Of a DNA stretch of 64,000 nucleotides, positions 51,513-61,620 are shown in pieces. A program made the position numbers and the translations under genes. The notes under the pieces are model-generated. The model was not told where the DNA came from. It did no database searches and saw only the letters and a program-made list of their open reading frames with translations. The DNA lies in NCBI GenBank assembly GCA_964473155.1, contig CAYYNT010000001.1, positions 6,017 to 70,016 on the forward strand, written 5' to 3'. Position 1 is the stretch's first letter. The number at the start of each line of letters is the position of its first letter. This DNA is from an uncultured Gemmatimonadales bacterium. Lineage in GTDB: Bacteria > Gemmatimonadota > Glassbacteria > GWA2-58-10.

Positions 51513-52670
51513 TTATTCACAGAGCCGGGCGGCATAGTCACGCGCCCAGCGATCTGTTTCCAGAATTGCCTCCAGAGAAGGATCAGCTATCGATGGCGCC
51601 GCCGCCAGGGTCTTTTCAATCAGCCGGGGGATGTCCATGAAACCTGTCTTCTCACGGCTGAAAGCCGACACGGCTGCCTCATTCGCGGCATTGAAAACCG
51701 CTGTCGCCACGCCGCCCTGCCTCCCGGCCGCGTATGCCAGATCCAGGCAGGGGAAGCACCGGGAGTCCACGCTTTCAAAAGAAAGGCTGCGCAAGGCCGC
51801 AAAATCCGGTTTCGGCAGAGGTCCGGGCTTCCGTTCCGGCCATGTCAGGGCATACTGGATGGGCATGCGCATGTCAGGCACGCCCATGTGCGCCATCACG
51901 GCGCCGTCCGCATACACGGCCATGCCGTGCACGATTGATTGCGGGTGCACCAGAACGTCGATATTGTCATACCCCAGGCCGAACAGAAAGTGCGCCTCGA
52001 TCACCTCCAGGCCCTTGTTGGCCAGGCTGGCCGAATCCACCGTTATCTTGGGTCCCATCGACCAGGTGGGGTGACGGAGAGCGTCGGCGTAGGTCTTGCG
52101 TTCCAGTTCTTCCCTGGCGCAGCCGCGGAACGGTCCGCCGCTGGCAGTGATTACGATCCGCTCCAGGGCCTTCCCGTGGGATTCCAGGAGCTGGAAAATG
52201 GCGCTGTGCTCGCTGTCCACCGGCACGATTCCGGCGCCCGGCGTCCCGGCGGCCAGCCGCATCAGGTGCATACCGGCCATGACAAGGCTTTCCTTGTTGG
52301 CCAGGGCCAGCCGTTTCCCAGCCCGCAGGGCTGAGACGGAGGGAGGAAGTCCGGCTGCCCCAACCAGAGCGTTGACAACAATATCCACCCCACTGTCCGC
52401 GGCGAGCGCCACCAGCGCCTCATCGCCGGTGCTCAGATCGAAACCTTTCAGCAATTCCCTCGGGAAACCGTCAAGCGCCCCGGGATCGGAAATGCAGATC
52501 CTTCGCGCACCGCAACCGCGGGCGGCTGCCAGCAGCCCCTCCACGTTGCGCCGCGCCGCCAGCGAGACCACCTCGAACTGCCCGGCCATGGCCTCGATCA
52601 CTTTCAGGCAGTTCACTCCTATGGAACCGGTGGCTCCCAGAATGCATACTTTTTTAGACATAATCCCCAT
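51513..52670 (-). CDS. dxr: 1-deoxy-D-xylulose 5-phosphate reductoisomerase
   Basis: 385 aa. N-terminal KVCILGATGSIG NADPH-binding motif. DXR core (LANKESLV). Confidence 0.92.
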   Translation of the reverse strand: MGIMSKKVCILGATGSIGVNCLKVIEAMAGQFEVVSLAARRNVEGLLAAARGCGARRICISDPGALDGFPRELLKGFDLSTGDEALVALAADSGVDIVVNALVGAAGLPPSVSALRAGKRLALANKESLVMAGMHLMRLAAGTPGAGIVPVDSEHSAIFQLLESHGKALERIVITASGGPFRGCAREELERKTYADALRHPTWSMGPKITVDSASLANKGLEVIEAHFLFGLGYDNIDVLVHPQSIVHGMAVYADGAVMAHMGVPDMRMPIQYALTWPERKPGPLPKPDFAALRSLSFESVDSRCFPCLDLAYAAGRQGGVATAVFNAANEAAVSAFSREKTGFMDIPRLIEKTLAAAPSIADPSLEAILETDRWARDYAARLCE

Positions 52671-52701
52671 TGCAATTAAAATATAGCGATCTTCAACGTA
52701 A

Positions 52702-53622
52702 TCACTTGCACGACTCTATAGAAGCGAACAAAGGCAGTTGCTTAGGACGCGCCTTAAGATCATGATTATGTTTTTTAATGGAGGAACAATCAAAATTGAA
52801 AATCAAGCATTCAACAACAGGATTTCGATTTTCCTCTTTGGCTCCGGAATGATAAAAATGGTCTCGTGTTACTATGTTAAACGCACTCCAGTACTTTTCT
52901 ATGGTAATGTTTTGACGAAACGTATTGTGATGCCAAGATGAAAGTACAAAACGAGCACGTGTCGGCTTTAAAGCTTCCGCCAAACGCTCCTCGTCCGCTT
53001 CAGTCCAATTATTGTAATAATCGGTGTATCTTCCCAAATAAGGCGGATCACAATAGATCATATCGTCTTCTTTAGCTGATAAAATTGACTCAACATAATC
53101 TTGACAATAAAAATCCCATTCATTTTGAATTAATCTTGCGCAACTGTCTATTTGGTTTACTATTTTTGTAACATAAGATTTAGAAAACCTTTCTGGTTTC
53201 TTGCAAAAAGGGATATTCCATTTTCCTTTCTTTGAAAATCTGATCATGCCGTTAAAGCCAGCTCGTGATAAAAATAAGAAATCCAACGGTTGATAATGTT
53301 CATTAAAACGATCTCTAATAAATCTGTAATGAGCGTATCCATTGTCATCGGCCGTCCGAAGCAATGCACCTTCACTTTCAAGATACTTACGAACAACAGA
53401 AGCAGTAATGTGACCAGATTTAATAGCTTTATAAAAAGAGATAATATGTGGATTTGAATCAGAAAACAAAGCTTTTACGGGTCTTTTGTTGAATCCCACG
53501 ACACCACTGCCCATAAAAGGCTCTATCCAACGTTCGAACGAAGAATCCGTAAGTTCTAAAATCAAAGGTACTAATTTTGTCTTGATGCCTTGACACTTTA
53601 TTGGTGGCACTATTACTCTCAT
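52702..53622 (-). CDS. D12-class (Dam family) N6-adenine DNA methyltransferase, M.EcoRV-like
   Basis: 306 aa. AT-rich. N-terminal SAM motif (IKCQGIKTKL..PFMGSG) and catalytic DPPY motif (YCDPPY). Adjacent to an EcoRV-like endonuclease gene. Confidence 0.8.
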   Translation of the reverse strand: MRVIVPPIKCQGIKTKLVPLILELTDSSFERWIEPFMGSGVVGFNKRPVKALFSDSNPHIISFYKAIKSGHITASVVRKYLESEGALLRTADDNGYAHYRFIRDRFNEHYQPLDFLFLSRAGFNGMIRFSKKGKWNIPFCKKPERFSKSYVTKIVNQIDSCARLIQNEWDFYCQDYVESILSAKEDDMIYCDPPYLGRYTDYYNNWTEADEERLAEALKPTRARFVLSSWHHNTFRQNITIEKYWSAFNIVTRDHFYHSGAKEENRNPVVECLIFNFDCSSIKKHNHDLKARPKQLPLFASIESCK

Positions 53623-53768
53623 GATTGTACCTCTTCTTCCAAATCATCTTCCCCAAGTCCCAATATATCATTCTCGTGTTCTTTCAAAACATCTCTACCG
53701 AGTTTTTTATACTCATTGTACGTCTTTATGCTTGTATAGTGTCGTTCTATTTCTAACGCTTTTGCCAT
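53619..53768 (-). CDS. Small 50-aa ORF overlapping the MTase start codon (ATGA overlap); possible regulatory peptide
   Basis: MAKALEIERHYTSIKTYNEYKKLGRDVLKEHENDILGLGEDDLEEEVQS. No HTH recognisable. Occupies the R-M intergenic position where controller genes often sit. Confidence 0.25.
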   Translation of the reverse strand: MAKALEIERHYTSIKTYNEYKKLGRDVLKEHENDILGLGEDDLEEEVQS

Positions 53769-53801
53769 GTCTGTAGTTAGATAATGCCTCCAATAATCAT
53801 C

Positions 53802-54473
53802 TTAGATTATTTCGCCTAATATGCTAAAAGGACCAGTGCCATTAATGAGGTCAGATATTTTAGTACAAGAGCCAATATTCTTAGTGTTTCCACTACCAGG
53901 ACGTCCACTTGCAATCTTATATTTAGGCTGAGAAAAGAATTTGAAGGAATGTATTACCGATGGAATTTTGGGCAAATCATCCAAGGTGTATATTGCGCGT
54001 TCGTCAATAGCTTCCGTATTCTGGGAATATATAACACCAAGAACATAGTGTCCTTTATATTCTTCATAAGGGAAACGTATATTCTTAGTACTCTTCCCGT
54101 TTCTAAAATATCCAGTAAATGCTCCGAGAGTCATACCATTTACATTATTTTCATCTATACGATATGTGCTTTTAATATCTACCGCATATTTATATCCAGT
54201 CCGTTTGTGAATAAAAGATATATCCGGATAATGATTTTGATATTGAGAAAGCACCAAATCTAAATCATTTTTAATGCTAAATTCTCTTAACATCGGAAAA
54301 AGCAAAAGCTCTAAAACCTTTGAGACAATTTTAGTATCTATTGAGATTGTATATATTCTCCTATATATATCTATAAATCCCTTAACTATCCACCGGCCCT
54401 CATCGTCAGAGACTGCTTTTGAGAATTCCTTTGTTTCATCTTGTAAAGCTGCTAAAAAATTGTCACTATTCAT
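53802..54473 (-). CDS. Type II restriction endonuclease, EcoRV family
   Basis: ATG checked at 54473 (MNSDNFLAAL...). Strong resemblance to EcoRV recalled from memory: QNHYPD, catalytic block YAVDIKSTY (D...D-I-K), TLGAFTGYFRN..KNIRFPYEEY, GSGNTKNIGS (Q-loop/R-loop region). Confidence 0.75.
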   Translation of the reverse strand: MNSDNFLAALQDETKEFSKAVSDDEGRWIVKGFIDIYRRIYTISIDTKIVSKVLELLLFPMLREFSIKNDLDLVLSQYQNHYPDISFIHKRTGYKYAVDIKSTYRIDENNVNGMTLGAFTGYFRNGKSTKNIRFPYEEYKGHYVLGVIYSQNTEAIDERAIYTLDDLPKIPSVIHSFKFFSQPKYKIASGRPGSGNTKNIGSCTKISDLINGTGPFSILGEII

Positions 54474-54498
54474 AATATATACCCTTGTTTTGTATTTC

Positions 54499-55317
54499 TC
54501 AAAACAACAGCGCCCGGTATACAAGAGCCAGCGGCACGGTGAAAAGCAGACTGTCAAAACGGTCGAGCACACCGCCATGGCCGGGAATCAGGTGCGAGGA
54601 ATCCTTGACGCCGCTGTCGCGTTTGAACGCCGACTCCACCAGGTCACCGAGAGGGGCGATTACCGCGAACAGCACTCCCAGAACCAGGGCATGACCCGCG
54701 CTCATAAGCCCCATGACTTTCATTCCCGCCGCCAGAGACATCCCTGCCGCCGCAACCAAACCGCCCGCCGCCCCCTCGACCGTCTTGCCCGGACTGAGCC
54801 TGGGAGCCAGCTTGCGCCGCCCGAACGCCCGCCCGGCCAGATAGCTGCCCACATCGACGCTCCAGGTGATAAGATAGGCCAGGAACAGCCACTGGAAACC
54901 CTGCCGTTCATCCAGGCCCGGTGCATGACGGAGCAGAAGCTGAAGCGAAAAAAGACCCCCGCTGTACAGCACTCCGAATACGCTGACCGCAACACGCACT
55001 ATTGATCCTTCGTTCGCGCGGGCCAGCGACATGGCAGCTAACAGAAGCAGGGCAAAAGGTGCGATAAGAGTCAAACAGAGGCTGTACGGGGAAGAAAGCA
55101 GCAGCCAGACAAGCAGCGGAACGGCAGCGGAAAGGCTTGCCCCGGCCTTATCAAGAGCGTCCGCATTCTTGAGGCGGGCCATTTTGAAAAATTCACCGGC
55201 AGCAAGCCAGGAACATAACGACAGGAATATTACAAGGGGCCATGAACCATAACTGCTGAGGAAATATATCAGCGGCACGCCCGCCAGGGCGACAAGACTG
55301 CGAATGAGAAAATTCAC
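54499..55317 (-). CDS. cdsA: Phosphatidate cytidylyltransferase
   Basis: 272 aa. Multi-TM. C-terminal CTP-transferase signature (SAFKRDSGVKDSSHLIPGHGGVLDRFDS). Confidence 0.9.
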   Translation of the reverse strand: MNFLIRSLVALAGVPLIYFLSSYGSWPLVIFLSLCSWLAAGEFFKMARLKNADALDKAGASLSAAVPLLVWLLLSSPYSLCLTLIAPFALLLLAAMSLARANEGSIVRVAVSVFGVLYSGGLFSLQLLLRHAPGLDERQGFQWLFLAYLITWSVDVGSYLAGRAFGRRKLAPRLSPGKTVEGAAGGLVAAAGMSLAAGMKVMGLMSAGHALVLGVLFAVIAPLGDLVESAFKRDSGVKDSSHLIPGHGGVLDRFDSLLFTVPLALVYRALLF

Positions 55318-55369
55318 CGCGCGCCCTCCGGGTCTGAAATCCTCCGGCAGCAGAACTCTTCAGCGTGTA

Positions 55370-56134
55370 TCAAAGCCTGTTCCCTCCGGACGCGCCCTTG
55401 ACCATGCCATATCGCCGTTCTCTTTTCTGGAATGCGGCTACAGCCTCGTAGAAATGTTCTTTTCTGAAATCCGGCCAGAGGACCTGAGAAATGTAAAGCT
55501 CGGTGTAAGCTATCTGCCAGAGGAGAAAATTGCTTATGCGCATCTCACCGCTGGTGCGGATCAAAAGATCGGGATCGGGCAGCCCTGAGGTGTACAGGCT
55601 GCTCGAAAACATTTCCTCATCGATTTTGTCCGGTGCAATCCGTCCTGCGGCAGCCTCGCCGCAAAGTTTTCTGGTGGCCTCGAGTATCTCCGTACGGCTG
55701 CCATAGCTGATCGCCAGGTTGAGCAGCATCCGGTTCTGGCCGGAGGTGAATTCTATCGCCTCCTGGATGGCTTTGCGGCTGGAGGACTCTATCCTCTCCC
55801 AATGTCCGATGCAACCCACACGGATTCCATTGTCTCGGAGCTGACGGCGCTCCCGGCGGATATAGTTGCGCAGAATCACCATCAGAGCTTTTATCTCGGC
55901 CTCCGGGCGCTTCCAGTTTTCCTCGCTGAAAGCGTACAGAGTCAGCACCTCAACACCCAGTTCCCGGCTGGCCTCAACCACTGCCCGCACCGATTCCATG
56001 CCCCGGCGGTGCCCGAAGACCCTGGGGCGGCCGCGCATCTGGGCCCAGCGCCCGTTGCCGTCCATGATTATAGCCACATGACGGGGGATGTTGCCGTTAT
56101 CAAGTATTTCCTGCTTCAAATCATCTTCACGCAT
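55370..56134 (-). CDS. uppS: Undecaprenyl diphosphate synthase (cis-prenyltransferase)
   Basis: Internal ATG checked at 56134 (MREDDLKQEI...). Motif HVAIIMDGNGRWA. C-terminal RxG motif region. Confidence 0.9.
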   Translation of the reverse strand: MREDDLKQEILDNGNIPRHVAIIMDGNGRWAQMRGRPRVFGHRRGMESVRAVVEASRELGVEVLTLYAFSEENWKRPEAEIKALMVILRNYIRRERRQLRDNGIRVGCIGHWERIESSSRKAIQEAIEFTSGQNRMLLNLAISYGSRTEILEATRKLCGEAAAGRIAPDKIDEEMFSSSLYTSGLPDPDLLIRTSGEMRISNFLLWQIAYTELYISQVLWPDFRKEHFYEAVAAFQKRERRYGMVKGASGGNRL

Positions 56135-56292
56135 CAGTAACCATCTGCTGTTCGGATTGCAGGCCAATATTTTGCAGTGGTAAATTAAAGACATTGACCA
56201 CGCGGGGCAATAGTAATCGCCCGGTGCGCGGATGTAAGAAACCCCGGTCCGGAGCGGACCGGGGTTTCCGAATAACTGCATTCAGACAAGGC

Positions 56293-56850
56293 TTAAATTT
56301 CCATTATTTCAGCTTCTTTGGTCTTCAGCACGGCATCCAGCTTCTCGATGTAATCATCAGTCAGCTTCTGCACCTCAACCTCCGCCCGGCGCACGATATC
56401 CTCGGAAAGCACTTTATCCTTTTCCTGCTTCTTCAACTCGTCATTGGCTTCCTTGCGGTGATGCCGGATCGAGATGCGCCCTGTCTCGGCTATTTTGTGC
56501 GCAAACCGGACCAGTTCCTTTCGACGCTCCTCCGTAAGCGCCGGAATGGGGACACGGATCAAATTGCCATCGTTGCTCGGAGTCAGCCCCAGATCGGAGG
56601 TCATGATCGCTTTCTGGATCGGCCCGACCATCGACTTGTCCCAGGGCTGCACCACCAGAAGCCTGGGTTCCGGGGCTGACACCGTCCCGAGTTGGTTCAG
56701 CGGCATCCTGGAGCCGTAAGCCTCCACATGGATGGTATCGAGCAGGGCCGGAGAGGCCTTGCCAGTACGGATGCTGCTGAACTCGTGACGTATCCCGTCA
56801 ACCGCGCGCTGCATTTTTTCCTTTGTTTCACTGATTATCTTATCCTTCAT
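56293..56850 (-). CDS. frr: Ribosome recycling factor
   Basis: ATG checked at 56850 (MKDKIISETKEKMQRAVDGIRHEFSSIRTGKASPALLD...). 185 aa. Confidence 0.92.
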   Translation of the reverse strand: MKDKIISETKEKMQRAVDGIRHEFSSIRTGKASPALLDTIHVEAYGSRMPLNQLGTVSAPEPRLLVVQPWDKSMVGPIQKAIMTSDLGLTPSNDGNLIRVPIPALTEERRKELVRFAHKIAETGRISIRHHRKEANDELKKQEKDKVLSEDIVRRAEVEVQKLTDDYIEKLDAVLKTKEAEIMEI

Positions 56851-57575
56851 GATGTCGCCTCCACGATAGAGCCGATTCTGTCCCCGGCCATGATTCTTGG
56901 AAGAGCATCCTTTTGCTTCATGTTGAAAACCAGGATCGGGAGCTTGTTGTCCATGCACAGGGTTATGGCGGTCGTATCCATCACACGGATACTCTGGTTC
57001 AGGACTTCAAGATACGAAATGCGCGGGATAAAACGGGCGTCCTTGTTTACGACCGGGTCCGCAGTGAAAATACCGTCGACCTTGGTGGCTTTGATAATAA
57101 CCTGGCTCTCCGTCTCTATCGCACGGAGAACAGCGGCTGTGTCGGTCGAAAAATAGGGATTTCCCGTGCCCCCGGCAAAAATCACGACCCGGCCCTTTTC
57201 CAGATGCCTGATCGCGCGGCGGCGGATGTAGGGCTCCGCAAGCTGCTCCATATGGATTGCAGTCATCACCCGGGTCTCCAGGCCACGGCTCTCCAGCATG
57301 TTCTGAACGGCCAGCGCATTTATCACCGTGGCCAGCATGCCCATGTAATCGGCGGAGACCCGGTCTATCCCGAGCTTGGCGGAGGTGGTTCCGCGTACGA
57401 TATTGCCGCCGCCGATCACCATCCCAAGCTGGACTCCCAGGTCATGCACCTTGCATACATCTTCGAGAAGCGTATCCAGAGCAGTGGAGAAAATAGCGTG
57501 GCCCTGCTCTCCGGCCAGTGATTCTCCGCTCAATTTGAGCAGAATGCGGGTGTATCTGAGTTGCGAAGGGTCCAT
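56847..57575 (-). CDS. pyrH: UMP kinase
   Basis: 242 aa. Motifs RILLKLSGESL and amino-acid kinase fold GGGNIVRG. Confidence 0.92.
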   Translation of the reverse strand: MDPSQLRYTRILLKLSGESLAGEQGHAIFSTALDTLLEDVCKVHDLGVQLGMVIGGGNIVRGTTSAKLGIDRVSADYMGMLATVINALAVQNMLESRGLETRVMTAIHMEQLAEPYIRRRAIRHLEKGRVVIFAGGTGNPYFSTDTAAVLRAIETESQVIIKATKVDGIFTADPVVNKDARFIPRISYLEVLNQSIRVMDTTAITLCMDNKLPILVFNMKQKDALPRIMAGDRIGSIVEATS

Positions 57576-57655
57576 TGGCGGTTGTCGTTCCGGAGTGGAA
57601 GGATAACGGAGCCCCTTGCGGAGCTCCGTTCACCAATATGCGGCACACCGTCCTG

Positions 57656-58251
57656 TCAGCGTCCCAGCTCGAAACGGGCGAAACGGCGCACCTGAACATG
57701 CTCGCCGAACTTGGCGGCTGAATTCTTGATCAGCTCGCCGATCGTAATCTCCGGGTTCTTCACGAAAGGCTGATCGACCAGGCAAACTTCCTGATAATAC
57801 TTTTCGATCCGTCCTTCGACTATCTTGTCCAGCACATTCTCGGGCTTTCCGGTCTCGCGGGCCTGAGCGCGGTAAATTTCCCTTTCCTTGTCGAGCTGCT
57901 CGGCGGACAGTGTCGAGCGGTCCACGACATCCGGGTTTGAGGCGGCTATGTGCATGGCGAGATCCTTGCACATATTGCCGAAATCCTCGGTGCGGGCAAC
58001 GAAATCGGTCTCGCAGTTAACTTCCACCAGCACTCCGATCTTGCCGCCCATATGGATGTACGAAAACACGCGCCCTTCACGGGTTTCACGGTCCTCGCGC
58101 TTGGCTGCGCGCATGATACCCTTCTTGCGCAGGATTTCGGTAGCTTTATCGGCATCTCCGGCAGCTTCTTCCAGCGCGCGCTTGCAATCCATCATGCCTG
58201 CGCCGGTGGCCTTCCTCAAAGCCTGAATGTTGGCCGCGGTTATTTCCATCA
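57656..58251 (-). CDS. tsf: Elongation factor Ts
   Basis: Start near the internal MMEITAANIQALRKATGAGMMDCKRAL (UBA-like N-terminus). About 198 aa. Confidence 0.9.
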
Positions 58252-58377
58252 TTTCTCCCGTTGTGTCTGTCAAAATCAGTGGTAGATAAAACTACCGGCC
58301 ATCAAGAGAACTCTCTCCATGGCCGGCATCCAGCCGCATAATCAGCGGCCTGATTCACGCATAAACTTTCCGGCCGC

Positions 58378-59235
58378 TTACTCGCCGGCGCCACCTTCAT
58401 CGCTGCCCTTTTTCTTGCGCGGGCGCCGGCGGGGACGCCCGGGTCCGCCGCGGCGGGACTGATCGCGATCGACTTCCTCGGCATCCTCGGCCTCGGCCTT
58501 GCGTCGCATCTCTTCCTCATCCCGGCTCTTGGCGTCGGACGGTTTTTCAACTATCTGCGCCCGTCCGTCCATTACCGCATCCGAGATAGCCTGTGTGATC
58601 AGCTTGACCGAGCGGATAGCGTCATCGTTACCCGGGATCGGCACGGTTGCCAGATCCGGATCGCCGTTGGTGTCAAGCAGGGCGATCAGAGGGATGCCCA
58701 GCTTGTTGGCCTCGGCCACGGCTATCTTTTCCTTCTGTGCATCCACTATGTATATTACCGCCGGGATGTCGCTCATGGCCTTGATGCCTTCCAGGGTCTT
58801 CTTGAGCTTCACCAGTTCGCGGTCGAGCGAGAGAGCTTCTTTCTTCGTGCGAAGTTCGAAATCTCCCTCATCCTTCATCCGCTCGAGTTCGCGCAAGCGG
58901 CGTATGTTCTTCTTAATCGTCTGAAAGTTGGTCATCATGCCGCCGAGCCAGCGCTCGTTGACATAATGCATTCCGCAGCGTTCCGCTTCCTCACGGATAA
59001 CATCACGCACCTGCTTCTTTGTTCCGACAAACAGGACAGCGCCGCCCTTGCTGGCGATCTTCTCCACCCGCCCGGCGGCATCGCTAAGCTGGTCGTGGGT
59101 TTTCTTCAGGTCGATGATGTGGATCCCGTTACGCTCCGCAAAGATGAATTTCTTCATCTTGGGGTTCCAGCGACGGGTCTGGTGTCCGAAATGCACTCCC
59201 GCTTCCAGCAGGTCCTGAATGCTTGGCAAAGCCAT
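58378..59235 (-). CDS. rpsB: 30S ribosomal protein S2
   Basis: 285 aa. N-terminal LLEAGVHFGHQTRRWNPKM. Acidic/basic C-terminal extension. Confidence 0.93.
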   Translation of the reverse strand: MALPSIQDLLEAGVHFGHQTRRWNPKMKKFIFAERNGIHIIDLKKTHDQLSDAAGRVEKIASKGGAVLFVGTKKQVRDVIREEAERCGMHYVNERWLGGMMTNFQTIKKNIRRLRELERMKDEGDFELRTKKEALSLDRELVKLKKTLEGIKAMSDIPAVIYIVDAQKEKIAVAEANKLGIPLIALLDTNGDPDLATVPIPGNDDAIRSVKLITQAISDAVMDGRAQIVEKPSDAKSRDEEEMRRKAEAEDAEEVDRDQSRRGGPGRPRRRPRKKKGSDEGGAGE

Positions 59236-59340
59236 CTTTGATGCCTCCCCTTCCGGGTTGCAGAAATCTTTCAGCCACGGCGGATGCGCCGGGCTTAAAT
59301 TGCGCGCTGCCGGCCGTAGAGGCCGGTCAGCCGAAAAAGG

Positions 59341-59742
59341 TTAACGTTTCGAGAACTGGAAGCGCTTGCGGGCCTTCGGGTGGCCGTACTTCTTACGCTC
59401 GACCATTCTCGGGTCGCGGGTAAGCAGACCGAGCTTGCGCAGCACGGGCCGGTTGTTCTCATCCACCAGCACCAGCGCCCGGGACAGAGCCAGGCTGATC
59501 GCCCCGGCCTGCCCGGTGAGACCGCCGCCATCCACATTCACCGTCACATCGAAATGACCGAGCGATTCGGTGGCATTAAGCGGCTGCTCGCAAAGCTGAA
59601 CATGGGTCGTGCGCGTAAAATAAACGCTCACCGGCCGTCCGTTCACACTCCACTCACCCTTGCCTTTTTTCAGATACACACGGGCCACGCTGGTCTTGCG
59701 CCGCCCGATTGCATGGAACACATTCTGATCCTTGTCCAACAT
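59341..59742 (-). CDS. rpsI: 30S ribosomal protein S9
   Basis: C-terminal ...GHPKARKRFQFSKR. The likely start is the internal MLDKDQNVFHAIGRRKTS. Confidence 0.9.
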   Translation of the reverse strand: MLDKDQNVFHAIGRRKTSVARVYLKKGKGEWSVNGRPVSVYFTRTTHVQLCEQPLNATESLGHFDVTVNVDGGGLTGQAGAISLALSRALVLVDENNRPVLRKLGLLTRDPRMVERKKYGHPKARKRFQFSKR

Positions 59743-59791
59743 TAACTTCCTCCTGTCAAGCCTTTCCTCCGGCGCCATCCGGCAGGAAGAC

Positions 59792-60220
59792 TCAAATCAC
59801 CATCTGTTCCGGTTTCTGGGCCTGATGGGGATGTTTCTCCCCGCGATAGACCTTAAGTTTCCTGAGCTGACTGCGGCCGAGACGGTTGTGCGGCAGCATG
59901 CCGCGAACCGCGTGTTCGATCACCCGTTCCGGTTTATCCTTGATCATCTTGCTCAGGTCGGTCAGACGGGCGCCGCCGGGATATCCGGAATGACGGAAAT
60001 AGGTCTTCTGCTCAACCTTGCGGCCGGTCAGACGGACCTTGTCGGCATTGATCACGATGACAAAGTCACCAGTGTCAATATGTTCGGAGAAGATACGCTT
60101 GTTCTTCCCCCTCAGGCGCTGCGCCACCACACTGGCCAGACGGCCCAGCACAACGTCGGTGGCGTCAACCACCAGCCACTGCTTGTCGATCTCACTTTTC
60201 TTAACCGAATAAGTCTGCAT
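59792..60220 (-). CDS. rplM: 50S ribosomal protein L13
   Basis: Internal start MQTYSVKKSEIDKQWLVVDATDVVLGRLAS. L13 signature. Confidence 0.9.
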   Translation of the reverse strand: MQTYSVKKSEIDKQWLVVDATDVVLGRLASVVAQRLRGKNKRIFSEHIDTGDFVIVINADKVRLTGRKVEQKTYFRHSGYPGGARLTDLSKMIKDKPERVIEHAVRGMLPHNRLGRSQLRKLKVYRGEKHPHQAQKPEQMVI

Positions 60221-60392
60221 GAAAGCTCCAACCGGAATGAATCTATCCTGCATATCGTGCGATTATTATAGGAAATCCGGCGGGACGCAGCTACGCGGGC
60301 CGGATCGGCGAATATCTCCGATAGAGATTACTAAAATTAACAGCACGGAACAGCCTTGTCAACAGATTTCCAACATACTGCGAGGAATGATG

Positions 60393-61604
60393 TTACTTTC
60401 TTTTTGGACGGGAGACCCAGCGCTCGAAAGCCGAAACTGAAAAAACAAGACGGGTTACGCTTTCCTCAGGATAGCCCGGAGCATCGATGCTGCGCTTGCC
60501 AAATTCCAGAGTGACGTCCACCAGGCCGGCGTTTTTGCTCACATACATGCCGCTGCCCAGAGCAAAAATGCTCTCGCGCACCGGATTGCCGTTTATCTCG
60601 AACGGATAGGCAGCGCGTGAATAACCGAAACGCCACGGCACTTTCCTGTAAAGGCGGGGCGAATCCGCACTTGAGGGATGAATCTCAAGACCCGCTCCCC
60701 AGCGCCACTGGTTCACTGAACGCACCCGCGGATCGGACAGCACGCCTATACCGTTCCAGTTCTGCACCTCGTAATCCGTGGAGAGCGTAAAACGCGAGGC
60801 GACACGGTAACTCGCCCCGAGACGCCAGGCAGAGGCCAGATCCTGATCCATCGACTCTTTCAGGCTCACGCCGCCGTTGGTCATGACGGTTTTCTTTACC
60901 TTTGCCGTCTTGGATAATGTATAAGACAACGCGGCGTTGAAACCCTTGTATGCCCCAAGCACACCGAAAGAAGGACGCACGCAGGAGTATCTGAAATTGA
61001 ACTTGTCTATGGTTTTCACGAGATTATCGGAACCGAAATCGATTTCACGCTCGCGGTCTGACTTGCCGATAAGCCAGTCCGCCGAAACACCCACAGCCAG
61101 GTGGCTGGATACGGTGCGCGCCAGCGCGAATCGGCTCACATAGAAACTTCCGGCGGATGAAAATGACCGCGCCGCCTCGCCGGATTCCATGAAATCATAT
61201 GCCTTGCGGTCGGACACCTCCCAAGTCAGGTCACGGTCCTGATACAGGCCCCAGCTCAGCACGAATTTCTTGTATGTAGGGAAAACCGCATTAAGCGAAA
61301 GATATTCGGTGGCGCGCAGGTTGCTGGTTCCCTCCGGTGTTTTCAGCGAAATATAGTCCTGCGAGAAGGTGCCGTTTATCCCGGAACGCCAGAAATTGAC
61401 CAGGCGCGCCGGATTGTTGAACGAAAAATCCTCGCCGCTGATAGCAGAGCTGGCTCCGCCCAGAGCTCGTCCCCGCGCATCATTGGCGCTCACCGGGATA
61501 CCGAGGTGCAGCGCTCCGAGCATCGAGTCCGCGCGCAGAGATTGTTCCGGGAGGAAAAGGATCAGCCCCGCAAGAAACAGCAAGCATTTGATAGCACTAC
61601 GCAT
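60393..61604 (-). CDS. Hypothetical secreted/outer-membrane protein (signal peptide, beta-rich)
   Basis: 403 aa. Signal peptide MRSAIKCLLFLAGLILFLPEQSLRA. Alternating aromatic/polar beta-strand-like segments. Confidence 0.5.
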   Translation of the reverse strand: MRSAIKCLLFLAGLILFLPEQSLRADSMLGALHLGIPVSANDARGRALGGASSAISGEDFSFNNPARLVNFWRSGINGTFSQDYISLKTPEGTSNLRATEYLSLNAVFPTYKKFVLSWGLYQDRDLTWEVSDRKAYDFMESGEAARSFSSAGSFYVSRFALARTVSSHLAVGVSADWLIGKSDREREIDFGSDNLVKTIDKFNFRYSCVRPSFGVLGAYKGFNAALSYTLSKTAKVKKTVMTNGGVSLKESMDQDLASAWRLGASYRVASRFTLSTDYEVQNWNGIGVLSDPRVRSVNQWRWGAGLEIHPSSADSPRLYRKVPWRFGYSRAAYPFEINGNPVRESIFALGSGMYVSKNAGLVDVTLEFGKRSIDAPGYPEESVTRLVFSVSAFERWVSRPKRK

Positions 61605-61620
61605 CCTAAGCCTCGGTCAG

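Noticed and set aside
59236-59340. Hairpin ACCGGCC-tctac-GGCCGG between rpsI and rpsB, considered as an rpsB autoregulatory leader
   Set aside because: The S2-binding leader structure is only characterised in Gammaproteobacteria. Here there is just a single hairpin without a T-tract, so it is not reported as a feature.
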